64,000 nt of DNA from a bacterium (lineage in GTDB: Bacteria; Patescibacteriota; Minisyncoccia; Phycocordibacterales; UBA5272): the NCBI GenBank assembly GCA_023267595.1, contig JAHFNB010000004.1, positions 182 through 64,181 on the forward strand. Direction: 5' to 3'. A model generated the notes under the pieces. It made no database searches and was not told the DNA's origin. It saw nothing but the letters and a program-made list of their open reading frames with translations. Position numbers and translations under genes: made by a program. Shown piece after piece: positions 1 to 9,226 of this stretch. How positions within the stretch are numbered: the first letter of the stretch is position 1; each line of letters starts with the position of its first letter.

Positions 1-46
1 CACATTGACGTTGTGAATGTCAGAGGTTCGAATCCTCTATCGCCCA
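1..46 (+). tRNA. tRNA-Val(GAC), 3' part (5' end outside window)
   Basis: Anticodon arm caca-ttGACgt-tgtg, T-arm agagg-TTCGAAT-cctct, acceptor 3' strand atcgccc plus discriminator A46; CCA not encoded. Confidence 0.9.
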
Positions 47-344
47 CAAGAAATAAACGAAGTGATTTTTTTATGGGCGATAAGTACGACACCTGCGTGT
101 CGTATGTGAGGATTCGAATAGGGGTCGAAGAGTCTACTGTTTTGAGTAATCACAAAACGAGACGAGGTGACCGAACATCCTCTATCGCCCACAAGAAATA
201 AACGAAGTGATTTTTTTATGGGCGATAAGTACGACACCTGCGTGTCGTATGTGAGGATTCGAATAGGGGTCGAAGAGTCTACTGTTTTGAGTAATCACAA
301 AACGAGACGAGGTGACCGAACATCCTCTATCGCCCACAAGAAAT
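32..344 (+). repeat. 145-bp tandem repeat (2 units plus 23 bp), each unit starting with the tRNA-Val 3' end
   Basis: atcctctatcgcccacaagaaat recurs at 32, 177 and 322; the intervening sequence is identical by eye. Confidence 0.95.
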
Positions 345-437
345 CTGCTTTAGCAGATTTGTGACCAAATCTCCCTGTTGGGTCATCAATATAATATTTT
401 TGTAAGGACACGGTTTTGGTGGTATAATTGCCCTCAT

Positions 438-1361
438 ATGTCTCTGCAAGAACGCGTACTTATTACAGGTGCTGGAGGAATGCTAGGGAAGGCTGTTTAC
501 GAGAAAGCCATTGAAAAATACGGTAAAGATTTCGTTACGGCTACTGATATTGATCTTAATGAAGAGTGGCTCTCTATGCTCGATGTGCGTGATATTAAGG
601 CGTATGAGAATGCATTTGAAACATGGAAGCCAACTATCGTATTTCATCTTGCAGCACATACTGATCTTGAATACTGTGAGAAGAATTCAACTGATGCATG
701 GGCAACAAATGCTCTTGGTGCAGAAAATGCAGCAATACTTGCTCGTAAACATGATGCACTTTTGATTTATATAAGTACCGCGGGGATCTTTGATGGAAAG
801 AAGGATGAGTATGCAGATTTCGATACTCCTTCTCCACTTGGATATTATGCAAAGTCAAAGTTTCATGGGGAAAAGTTTGTGGAACAACATCTAAGTAGAT
901 ATTATATTTTCCGTGCGGGATGGATGATGGGAGGAGGAGTACAGAAAGATAAAAAGTTTATTAACAAGATTTATAAGCAGATAAAAGCAGGCGCACAAGA
1001 ATTATTTGTCGTTGAAGATAAGTTAGGGACACCAACATACACTGTTGATTTTGCAGGAGCAATGATGAAAGTAATTGATAGTGGATACTATGGATTGTAT
1101 AATCAAGTATGTGAAGGGGGTGGAAGTCGTTATGATGTTGCAGTAGAATTCGTACAACAACTAGGTCTTACTGACTCTGTTAAAGTGACAAAAGTAACGT
1201 CGGACTACTTCAAAGAAGAATATTTTGCAGAACGACCTGCATCTGAAAAATTATTGAATGTAAAACTTTCAATGCGAGGCATCAACTATATGCGAGATTG
1301 GCGTGTGTGTTTAGCAGAGTACGCCGTAGAGTTTAAGAATGATTTTTATGGAACATTATGA
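438..1361 (+). CDS. rfbD: dTDP-4-dehydrorhamnose reductase-family SDR (RmlD/RfbD-like)
   Basis: GAGGMLG Rossmann motif, HLAA, YAKSK (YxxxK), GTPTYT; ATG 438 follows TGGTATAAT. Confidence 0.8.
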   Translation: MSLQERVLITGAGGMLGKAVYEKAIEKYGKDFVTATDIDLNEEWLSMLDVRDIKAYENAFETWKPTIVFHLAAHTDLEYCEKNSTDAWATNALGAENAAILARKHDALLIYISTAGIFDGKKDEYADFDTPSPLGYYAKSKFHGEKFVEQHLSRYYIFRAGWMMGGGVQKDKKFINKIYKQIKAGAQELFVVEDKLGTPTYTVDFAGAMMKVIDSGYYGLYNQVCEGGGSRYDVAVEFVQQLGLTDSVKVTKVTSDYFKEEYFAERPASEKLLNVKLSMRGINYMRDWRVCLAEYAVEFKNDFYGTL

Positions 1362-2775
1362 TTTTGTAGTTCTAGGAGGTGGAGTTTCAGGACTTGGTTT
1401 TGCCAAGCGTGTCAGTGAACATGGAAAGAAAGTTTTGATATTAGAAAAAGAGGATGTTGTTGGTGGCCTTTCTCGTTCACTTTTTTATAAAGGATTTTAT
1501 CTTGATTTTTGTGCGCATCGTTTCCATACGAATAATAAAGAGTTACTTCATGAAGTAATGACACTCCCAGGGCTTGATATGAAAAAACATATCAAGAAAA
1601 GTCGTATCTATATGTTCGGTAAGTGGCTCAAGTATCCTTTTGAAATACAACAATTACTCGTTGCCATGCCTATTCATCAGAGTTTTGTAAGCGGCATGTC
1701 ATTTGGGTGGAATCTTCTTACAAAAAAGTTTCGAAAGACAAGTAATCTCCAATCATACAAAGAATGGTTTATTCATCTCTATGGGAAACAACTTTATAAT
1801 GTAATGTGTTATCCATATACATCGAAGATTTGGCATTATGATCCAGGGGAAATATCGGCAGATTGGGCAGATCAACGATTCCAAGGGGAGAATCTCAAGA
1901 AACTCTTTAAACGTGTGATTAAAAAGATTCTGACACTTGATTTCTCTAGTTATGATTTAAAAGATGATTCTCTTGCACCAGATGGTGGTCCATTTTATTA
2001 CCCATTGCGTGGTATTCAAGAAATGTGTGATGCACTTGCTCGTGCGGCGACTACTACAGGAACACAGATAGTAACGAGTGCAACAATTACAGGTGTTCAT
2101 ACTGGAGAAAAAACAGTTACCTATAGTGTTAATGGTGAGACAAAAACGGTGACTTATGGCGGGCTTATTTCTACAATACCGATGCATCAGTACTATGCTC
2201 TTCAAGAACGAAAGGATAAAGATGTAGAAAAGGCATTACATGATATTAAATACATGGATATTATCTTCGTGTTTGTATTTCTCAAAGTCCCTCAGGTTTC
2301 AAACGATCATTGGTTATATTTCCCTGACAAAGATATTATCTTCAATCGTGCAGTAGAGTTTAGTAATTGGTCACCAGAGATGTGTCCACCTGGTAAAACA
2401 TCAATTTGTTTTGATATTACAACATTTAAAGAAAATAAAGAGTGGAATATGTCAGAAGAAGAATTAAAAAAGAAAGTGATTGATGATGCAGTACGTGTAG
2501 GATATATCAAACGTGAAGATGTAGAAGATGCTCTTGTTACAAAAATAGAGTATGCATACCCATTCTATGATCTTGATTATAAACGAAAATTAGACGTCAT
2601 TATGCATCATCTAGAACATAATGATGTCGCACTTCTTGGTCGCACAGGGATGTTTAAATACAATAATTCTGATAATTCTATTGAAATGGGATTTGCGCTA
2701 GGGGATGAATTTTTGAAAAAAGATGGAAAGCATTCGGTATACGAATATAAAGTAAAAGCACCAGTGAGTTATTAA
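1348..2775 (+). CDS. FAD-dependent oxidoreductase (protoporphyrinogen oxidase / UDP-galactopyranose mutase-like superfamily)
   Basis: GGGVSGL and VGGL FAD motifs, DFCAHRFHT, C-terminal GRTGMFKYNNSD. Confidence 0.75.
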   Translation: MEHYDFVVLGGGVSGLGFAKRVSEHGKKVLILEKEDVVGGLSRSLFYKGFYLDFCAHRFHTNNKELLHEVMTLPGLDMKKHIKKSRIYMFGKWLKYPFEIQQLLVAMPIHQSFVSGMSFGWNLLTKKFRKTSNLQSYKEWFIHLYGKQLYNVMCYPYTSKIWHYDPGEISADWADQRFQGENLKKLFKRVIKKILTLDFSSYDLKDDSLAPDGGPFYYPLRGIQEMCDALARAATTTGTQIVTSATITGVHTGEKTVTYSVNGETKTVTYGGLISTIPMHQYYALQERKDKDVEKALHDIKYMDIIFVFVFLKVPQVSNDHWLYFPDKDIIFNRAVEFSNWSPEMCPPGKTSICFDITTFKENKEWNMSEEELKKKVIDDAVRVGYIKREDVEDALVTKIEYAYPFYDLDYKRKLDVIMHHLEHNDVALLGRTGMFKYNNSDNSIEMGFALGDEFLKKDGKHSVYEYKVKAPVSY

Positions 2776-2778
2776 AAA

Positions 2779-3879
2779 TTATTTTAAGAGGTCAAATAAT
2801 GACCCACCACTTGCGAGGATAAAAAGTGAGACAGAAGAAAGGACAGGTAACAGAGAAAGGAAATAAAAAGTTTTTATTTTTTCCTTATTCTCTAGTGACC
2901 ATACAACGAAACCTATTAATGCAAATGGGACAATAGCCACATATCCTATATATAACACACGAGTGAGGAACATTGGCCAAATGAGTACTGGTAATGTTGC
3001 AAGCAATAGTGAACCACCCAAGATATAATTTTCTTTTGTGATAGATGTCTTTTTACGTAGGAGAGCATAGACCAAATATAAACAATATACCCATAAAAGA
3101 TTAAATGTAGATGCCTCAGTGAAAAAGAAATAGAAGAAGGTATGGTAGGTACTTTCAAATGTTTCTTTATTATAGAAATACCAATTGATAAAAGAAATGC
3201 CAGTTCCATTTCCATGGAACAATGAATATAAAAACAATGCTTGTAGAACAATAAAAGGAATACTTATGGTTAGAATATGTTTAAGGTATTCTTTTTTCTT
3301 TGTGTATACAAACATACTAAGCATATAGACACCTGCAAAAAATAATCCTAACACTCCAGTTTCTTTACAGAGTGATCCTAAGAATCCAAGGATTGAGGAG
3401 AATACGATGAGAAATGTACTTTGTTTACGTAAACCAATGAGAAATGTAGTGATGGTTGCAAGTGTAAAAAACCACCCAGAAATATCAGTAAGAAGTACAA
3501 GTCCAAATTTAAGAAGAGGATATCCAGTAGCAATCCATGTTGTCCCAATGATAGCAGACTTTTCTTTGAATCCTAGTTCTCGTAAAAAGAAGTACGATAA
3601 TATAATAATGCCAAAATAAAAGAATATATTGATAACAAGTATTGCCTGATGTTCTGTAAATAACGGCGTGAGATATGATCCAAGTATTCCGTAGAGCGGT
3701 TTAAAAGAACGTTTTTCTATATCTGGTGTTATTGCTATCTCATGATTTGCATAACGAATTTGGTCGACATAGACAACAGTATCTGTTTGTATATTAAGAA
3801 GACCATTACGATTAAAAATAAAACCAAGAGTTGCAACTCCTACAAGAATGATAATTGATAGAGCATGCTTGGTCTTCAT
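2779..3879 (-). CDS. Polytopic membrane protein, probable GT-C glycosyltransferase (ArnT/PMT-like)
   Basis: About 10 hydrophobic segments, DxxxY first loop, FKPLY, LTD and KET motifs; adjacent to GtrA. Confidence 0.6.
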   Translation of the reverse strand: MKTKHALSIIILVGVATLGFIFNRNGLLNIQTDTVVYVDQIRYANHEIAITPDIEKRSFKPLYGILGSYLTPLFTEHQAILVINIFFYFGIIILSYFFLRELGFKEKSAIIGTTWIATGYPLLKFGLVLLTDISGWFFTLATITTFLIGLRKQSTFLIVFSSILGFLGSLCKETGVLGLFFAGVYMLSMFVYTKKKEYLKHILTISIPFIVLQALFLYSLFHGNGTGISFINWYFYNKETFESTYHTFFYFFFTEASTFNLLWVYCLYLVYALLRKKTSITKENYILGGSLLLATLPVLIWPMFLTRVLYIGYVAIVPFALIGFVVWSLENKEKIKTFYFLSLLPVLSSVSLFILASGGSLFDLLK

Positions 3880-3881
3880 AA

Positions 3882-4286
3882 TTAGTGAAAGATAAATTTT
3901 TTACGAACCCAAAAGTTGTAGATGAGTATAATACAGGTCGATATCATTTTTGAAAAAAGATAGTATACGGCAAGTTTTTCTGTAAAAAACCAGATGAGAG
4001 ATTGGTTAAGTGCGAGGCCTGTGAGACTCACAAAAACTATGAGCCAGTATTCTTTGTGAATATTTGCAATTTTTGACCCTGTAAAGACGAAATATTTTGC
4101 AAGAATGTAATTGATATTTAGCCCAATAATAAATGCAATTGCTGCAGAAGTTAAGTAGTGAATATGTGCATATTCTGTAAGAGTAAAAAGTGTACCGAAA
4201 TCAAATAAAAAAGCCGTACCACCAACGAGGAGATATTTGAAAAACTGTAGTGCTAGTTTCTCATGCTTTTTAAGCAGGGTTATCAT
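3882..4286 (-). CDS. GtrA-family flippase-like protein
   Basis: 134 aa, four TM helices, QFFKYLLVGG...NY...YFVF...YNF..RKKFIF pattern. Confidence 0.85.
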   Translation of the reverse strand: MITLLKKHEKLALQFFKYLLVGGTAFLFDFGTLFTLTEYAHIHYLTSAAIAFIIGLNINYILAKYFVFTGSKIANIHKEYWLIVFVSLTGLALNQSLIWFFTEKLAVYYLFSKMISTCIILIYNFWVRKKFIFH

Positions 4287-4305
4287 TAAGGGTCAGTATA
4301 GCATT

Positions 4306-5820
4306 TTACACTCCACGCAAAACGGTTATTTTCGCTCCAATCGCGTTTAATCTCTCGGCAATATCTGCATACCCACGTTTTATAGAATAGACGTTTCTGA
4401 GCAAGGATGTGCCTGATGCTCCAAGCATTGCAATCAGAATAATTGCCGTAGGACGAAGTGCAGGAGGGGATACAATTTGTGCACCGCGCAGTTTGGTCAC
4501 TCCTGTAACTAGTGCTCGGTGTGGGTCGAGTAATTTTATATCTGCACCGAGTCTGTTTAATTCCGTAAAATAAATAGCACGATTCTCCCATGTCCAATCA
4601 TGAATAAGTGTTTGACCAGAGGCTATGCAACTAATGGGGACAAAGAAAGGGAGATTATCATTATTAATACCGGGAAAAGGTTGTGCATGTATCTTATCTG
4701 TCGGAGCAATGATTTTTGAAGGAAATATAGTGATATCGACAAGTGAAGTTCTGCCATTTTTTGCAAAATATAATTTTGAAAGGGTAAAACGTAATCCCAT
4801 ACGTTTTAATTTTTCTAATTCGAGTGTAAGAAATGTAATTGGTGCACGTGTTATGGTGAGTTTGGATTTTGTCACGATTCCTGCGGCAATGAAGAACATA
4901 CTCTCTATTGGATCTTCACTATTGTAGTGTTCGATATTTACATCGATATCCTTTTTCCCATGTACTATAAGTGTTGTGGTACCAATACCTTCTATTACTA
5001 TACCAAAACTCTCTAGGAGGAAACATACATCTTGTACTTGATAATTTGGTGGTGCAAACATAATAGTTGTTTTCCCTTCAATACGTGATGCGGCCAGAAT
5101 TGCAGTAATCGCACCAGTGTCAGATGATTCGTAGAGTGGAATAGTCCCCGTATGTAGTTTTCTATATGAAATATCGTAGTGGTTTTCTTTTGTCTCGACA
5201 TTAATACCAAGGTATTCTAGAGCATATTTATGTGATGCAACCGTGCGTTCACCCATTTTACATCCACCAGAATGTGGAAGTGTAAAATGATTACCATAAT
5301 GAACAAATGCACCCGCAAAGGTAAATGATCTAATTTGTGTTGCAACGGCTTTGTCTATTTTTGAAAAAGAAAGTTTCTTAGGGGGTGTGATTTCAAGAGC
5401 AGTGTCATCATATATCCACTTTATCTTTACACCGACACTTTCGAGCAATTCTTTGTAGCGATGTACTTCTTCTATGTGGGGGATATCACGTAAAATAGTC
5501 GTGCCATTATTGACGAGTGCAGCAACCATCATATTGATGGCACCATTTTTTGAGGTATTTGTCTTTATACTACCTGAAAGTTTATGACCACCCTCTACTT
5601 TGAAATCAATAGCATTGTGAATACTCACTATGTTGTGTTTAAGGACGTCGCTCATCTTCATGAGTTGGTCTATAGTTACATTTTGATTTCCTGATTCTAT
5701 GCGCGCAACTGCAGACTGGGATGTTTTGAGAGACTTTGCAAATTCTCCTTGCGTCATTCCACGCTCTTCACGTAGTTTTTTTATGAAAAGTCCTATTTTT
5801 TCTTGATCATTAGGAGGCAT
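4306..5820 (-). CDS. murA: XRE helix-turn-helix fused to UDP-N-acetylglucosamine 1-carboxyvinyltransferase
   Basis: N-terminal LREERGMTQGEFA..SQSAVARIESG; MurA motifs SKNGA, GGCKMGER (catalytic Cys), PFPG, ENR, IKRGY. Confidence 0.9.
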   Translation of the reverse strand: MPPNDQEKIGLFIKKLREERGMTQGEFAKSLKTSQSAVARIESGNQNVTIDQLMKMSDVLKHNIVSIHNAIDFKVEGGHKLSGSIKTNTSKNGAINMMVAALVNNGTTILRDIPHIEEVHRYKELLESVGVKIKWIYDDTALEITPPKKLSFSKIDKAVATQIRSFTFAGAFVHYGNHFTLPHSGGCKMGERTVASHKYALEYLGINVETKENHYDISYRKLHTGTIPLYESSDTGAITAILAASRIEGKTTIMFAPPNYQVQDVCFLLESFGIVIEGIGTTTLIVHGKKDIDVNIEHYNSEDPIESMFFIAAGIVTKSKLTITRAPITFLTLELEKLKRMGLRFTLSKLYFAKNGRTSLVDITIFPSKIIAPTDKIHAQPFPGINNDNLPFFVPISCIASGQTLIHDWTWENRAIYFTELNRLGADIKLLDPHRALVTGVTKLRGAQIVSPPALRPTAIILIAMLGASGTSLLRNVYSIKRGYADIAERLNAIGAKITVLRGV

Positions 5821-5828
5821 GAAAAAAG

Positions 5829-5846
5829 TATATCATATGTGATATA
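5829..5846. promoter_or_regulatory. Palindrome TATATCA-N4-TGATATA overlapping the murA -10 box (candidate operator)
   Basis: 7-bp inverted arms abutting TATACT on the minus strand, 6 nt before the ATG. Confidence 0.5.
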
Positions 5847-5913
5847 TCATAAAATATGTGAATATAAGAGAAAACTCGGACACAGGGTCCAAGTTTTTAT
5901 AAAGAGGGAAAGT

Positions 5914-6540
5914 TTATACGGGAATCGCAGTTTTTTGTTTGAAGAGTGAAATATCAAGATTCCAGAGTTTGGCAGGGTTAAAGTAAGGATTAGGTATATC
6001 CAAAACTGATTTTTTCACAGATTTTAACCTTTCAAACTCTATATAACCCTCGACATCCGCAGAGTAGTAATCGCGGTATGCACTATATCCTTCGAGGTGA
6101 ATGGCAAATGTGCCATCTGTGTTGAGTACCATCTTGAGTGAGTGCGTTGCTTGGTTACTCATTTTATGCAGAGTAAGGAGAAGATTTCCCTTCTCACACG
6201 AGACGCCAAACTTCTGCTCATCGTAGTGGTATTCATTGATATCATGAGAACACATGTGCATTACGAGAAATGAAACAAGATATGCCATGCCATTCAGAGT
6301 TCCAAACTCGATATCTTCTGTTGGGAACAAGTAACGCACTGTATCCCCAATTAAGCGATCACAACACGTTTGCGCGAATATCGATGGGTCAAATCCGACT
6401 TTTAGACCTTCCCTTGTCGAGTTTTCAGAAAAGCCATCATTTTTTCCATTGAAGAAATTTCTAGCACCTTCGACAAACAACGGGAAAGAAAAATGTTGTA
6501 TTGTTCGCATTTTTACCAACTCATACCTTAGGTTTTTCAA
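5914..6540 (-). CDS. Hypothetical protein (ORFan)
   Basis: 208-aa ORF, TTG start after GGGAG, hairpin terminator near 5871-5897. Confidence 0.6.
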   Translation of the reverse strand: MKNLRYELVKMRTIQHFSFPLFVEGARNFFNGKNDGFSENSTREGLKVGFDPSIFAQTCCDRLIGDTVRYLFPTEDIEFGTLNGMAYLVSFLVMHMCSHDINEYHYDEQKFGVSCEKGNLLLTLHKMSNQATHSLKMVLNTDGTFAIHLEGYSAYRDYYSADVEGYIEFERLKSVKKSVLDIPNPYFNPAKLWNLDISLFKQKTAIPV

Positions 6541-6631
6541 GATTATCTCCCAAGTTCTAGGTTAGAAGAAGGACAACTTCTCTATTTCTACCATACATAG
6601 GGGTGGTAGGTAAAGCATAAGATTTTTGTGT

Positions 6632-7897
6632 TTAACGGAAGAGATTATAGAAGAAATAAATGGTAAGTGCAGACATGAGAATGGTAATAATGATTCCAAA
6701 GAAGTTTCCAAGTTTTCCGGTTGTTCTGTCACCCATAATCTTTTTGTTATTTCCTACAAGTAAAATGAGAATCATAAGTGGCGGCGCAAGTAATCCATTT
6801 AATATTGCTGCATAGTAGAGCATAGTCATTGGATTAATAGGGGAAAGATTCACAAGTATTCCTACAAGTGTTGCAACAATGATAACAAGGTAAAATCCAC
6901 GTGCTTGGGTAAATGTTTTACTCAATCCTTCACTCCAGTTTGCGGCTTCTGCTATTGCATAGGCTGCAGAACCTGCAAGGACGGGGACAGCAAGTAATCC
7001 AGTACCGACAATACCAAGCGTAAAGAGTAATGATGAGAAATCTCCTGCAAGCGGGCGTAATGATTCTGCAACTTGAGCAGCAGATGTCACTGAAGTAATG
7101 CCATTTGCACCGAGTGTGGCTGCGGCAGTGATAATAATAAAGAATGTAACGAGATTTGAAATAAACATTCCAAATGCAGTATCGGTACGCATTTGTGTAA
7201 TGTCTGCTCTGGTAATCTTTGGCACACCACGACCCATGGCGCGTATTTTGTGATGCATGAGTTCCTCTTCCACTTCTTCATCGGCTTGCCAGAAAAATAA
7301 ATAAGGAGAAATGGTTGTACCGAGCATTGCTGTTACATTCAAAATATACGCAGTATTCCATTCGAAATGAGGGATAAGCGTTGCATTTAAGATTAGCCCC
7401 CAATCTTGTTTAACGGCAAATGCTGCTATGATATATGCAAACACGGTGAGTGCAAGGTATTTTAAGAAAGAAACATATTTCGGATAGGGAATGAAAACTT
7501 CTGTAAGAATAGTGATAGCAGTAAGTATAAGAAGTGCAGGAACAAAAGAAATAGGAAGTACGAGTTGTGTTGCTGCAGCCATAGCCCCTAAGTCTGCACC
7601 GATATTTATGATATTAGTAATTGCGAGTAATGCAATCGCACCAAACAAAATAGGACGAGAATAGTGTTTCTTTAAAATACCTGCAAGACCAGTTCCTGTA
7701 ACTAATCCAATGCGTGCACACATCTCTTGAATGGAAACCATGAAAGGATATGAAAAGAGTGCAAGCCATAATTGTCCGTATCCAAACATAGCACCAGTTT
7801 GTGAGTATGTTGCAATACCTGAAGGATCGTCATCTGCAATACCAGTAATAACTCCCGGTCCTACTGCCTTTTTAAGGCGTTGTATTAATGATTTCAT
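6632..7897 (-). CDS. NRAMP-family divalent metal transporter (MntH-like)
   Basis: GPGVITGIADDDPSGIATYSQ, QEMCARIG, LGTTISPYLFFWQ. Confidence 0.9.
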   Translation of the reverse strand: MKSLIQRLKKAVGPGVITGIADDDPSGIATYSQTGAMFGYGQLWLALFSYPFMVSIQEMCARIGLVTGTGLAGILKKHYSRPILFGAIALLAITNIINIGADLGAMAAATQLVLPISFVPALLILTAITILTEVFIPYPKYVSFLKYLALTVFAYIIAAFAVKQDWGLILNATLIPHFEWNTAYILNVTAMLGTTISPYLFFWQADEEVEEELMHHKIRAMGRGVPKITRADITQMRTDTAFGMFISNLVTFFIIITAAATLGANGITSVTSAAQVAESLRPLAGDFSSLLFTLGIVGTGLLAVPVLAGSAAYAIAEAANWSEGLSKTFTQARGFYLVIIVATLVGILVNLSPINPMTMLYYAAILNGLLAPPLMILILLVGNNKKIMGDRTTGKLGNFFGIIITILMSALTIYFFYNLFR

Positions 7898-7964
7898 ATA
7901 GCCCTTAGTTTATAGTCAATAGTTATTAGTTACTAGGGGAATATAAACATATTAAATAAAAAAC

Positions 7965-8003
7965 TATATTTACTTGACTAGTCAAGTAAATATATGCTAT
8001 AAT
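7965..8003 (+). promoter_or_regulatory. Perfect 30-bp palindrome containing a -35 (TTGACT), followed by extended -10 TGcTATAAT
   Basis: tatatttacttgact|agtcaagtaaatata at 7965-7994; TATAAT 7998-8003, 18-bp spacing. Confidence 0.65.
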
Positions 8004-8009
8004 ATATTG

Positions 8010-8167
8010 ATTAGGATACATGATCAAAGTTTTAGAGATGATCATGGAAAGGGCTGAAGGAAAATCCTAGGTTGGATACCGTGCCTCCGGAGACCAACCC
8101 TATACTTTGCTGATGACAAAGTATCAGTACTCGAGTGCATCAAAAACCGAGATACGTCTCGGTTTTT
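8010..8167 (+). ncRNA. Candidate structured small RNA (or mRNA for a 16-aa peptide)
   Basis: Lies between a strong promoter and an intrinsic terminator; several hairpins; only a 16-codon ORF (8020-8070). Confidence 0.4.
8142..8167. terminator. Bidirectional intrinsic terminator
   Basis: aaaaaccgaga-tacg-tctcggttttt. Confidence 0.8.
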
Positions 8168-9109
8168 TTACGCGTGAATATGAAGATAAATATCTTCTAG
8201 TGCGCGTACTGCATCTCCTGCTGCGATGTTATTTTGATGATATAACACATCTGTGCAATCTCCGGCTGCCCATATACCTTGTACAGACGTCTCTTGTGTA
8301 CGAGGGTTTATTACAATATTTTTCGTCTCAGTTACTTGTACAAGATTTTCTATAAAAGATGTGGCAGGGATTTGACCTATTTCTACAAAGACTGCAGAGG
8401 TTGGAAGAGTTATATCTTCTCCATCTTTTGTATAGGTAATTGATTCGACGAATTTACTTCCTGTAATTGATTTTGGAATTGCACCAACGATAAGTTTAAA
8501 ATGTTCCTTTATTTTTAATTTTTCTATAGTGATTGCATCTGCTCTTGGTTCACTTCGTGAAAGAAGTGTTACTGATTTACAATAGGCGAGTAATTGTGCA
8601 GCAGATTCAAATCCTGCATTTCCTCCACCAACAACTACAACATCCATTCCTGAAAAGAGTGGTCCATCACATGATGCACAATAGGTGATACCTTTATTCT
8701 CAAATTCTTCTGCACCAGTGACCTCTAATTTTCTGCGAGATGAACCTGCTGCGATGAGAATAGTTTTTGATTTCTGCTCTCCTTTATCTGTGGTTATTGT
8801 AAAATCTCCATGTGATCCAGTGATAGACGAAACAGTTGCTTCTATAATGTGTAAAATATCACCTTTGTATTCTTCGACGTGTGATTTAAGGGATTCTGCA
8901 AGTTTTGCACCACTGATATGTGGGGTTCCTATCCAGTTTTGGATATCATCAGACACGATTGATTGTCCTCCCCATTCTTTTACGATAAGAAGTGTTTTTA
9001 GTTGTTTACGCGCAGCATATACTGCAGCAGCACTTCCTGCAGGACCACCTCCTACGATTATTAAATCGTAGATAGGTGAGAGGTTAGAGGTGGTAGGTAA
9101 AAGAGACAT
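8168..9109 (-). CDS. trxB: Thioredoxin reductase / AhpF C-terminal-like disulfide reductase
   Basis: GGGPAG, CASCDG redox motif, GGGNAG, AAGD. Confidence 0.85.
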   Translation of the reverse strand: MSLLPTTSNLSPIYDLIIVGGGPAGSAAAVYAARKQLKTLLIVKEWGGQSIVSDDIQNWIGTPHISGAKLAESLKSHVEEYKGDILHIIEATVSSITGSHGDFTITTDKGEQKSKTILIAAGSSRRKLEVTGAEEFENKGITYCASCDGPLFSGMDVVVVGGGNAGFESAAQLLAYCKSVTLLSRSEPRADAITIEKLKIKEHFKLIVGAIPKSITGSKFVESITYTKDGEDITLPTSAVFVEIGQIPATSFIENLVQVTETKNIVINPRTQETSVQGIWAAGDCTDVLYHQNNIAAGDAVRALEDIYLHIHA

Positions 9110-9226
9110 AGAAATCTAGTGTATCATAATTACAAAAGTGAGATTTTGAAATAAAGGAATTTATTTGACAAGTGTATATTTTAATGTAGTATAAAAATTG
9201 GCTATTTTGCCAAGAAAGGAGTTCTT

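Noticed and set aside
32-344. CRISPR array
   Set aside because: The sequences between the repeats are identical and 122 bp long, the repeat is a tRNA 3' end, and there are no cas genes.
13-364. Short ORFs 13..201, 37..237 and 167..364
   Set aside because: They overlap the tRNA and are by-products of the 145-bp repeat.
8102-8124. Hammerhead ribozyme or fluoride riboswitch (CTGATGA)
   Set aside because: CTGATGA is a hairpin loop with no following stem II and GAAA, and the fluoride riboswitch 5' motif is absent.
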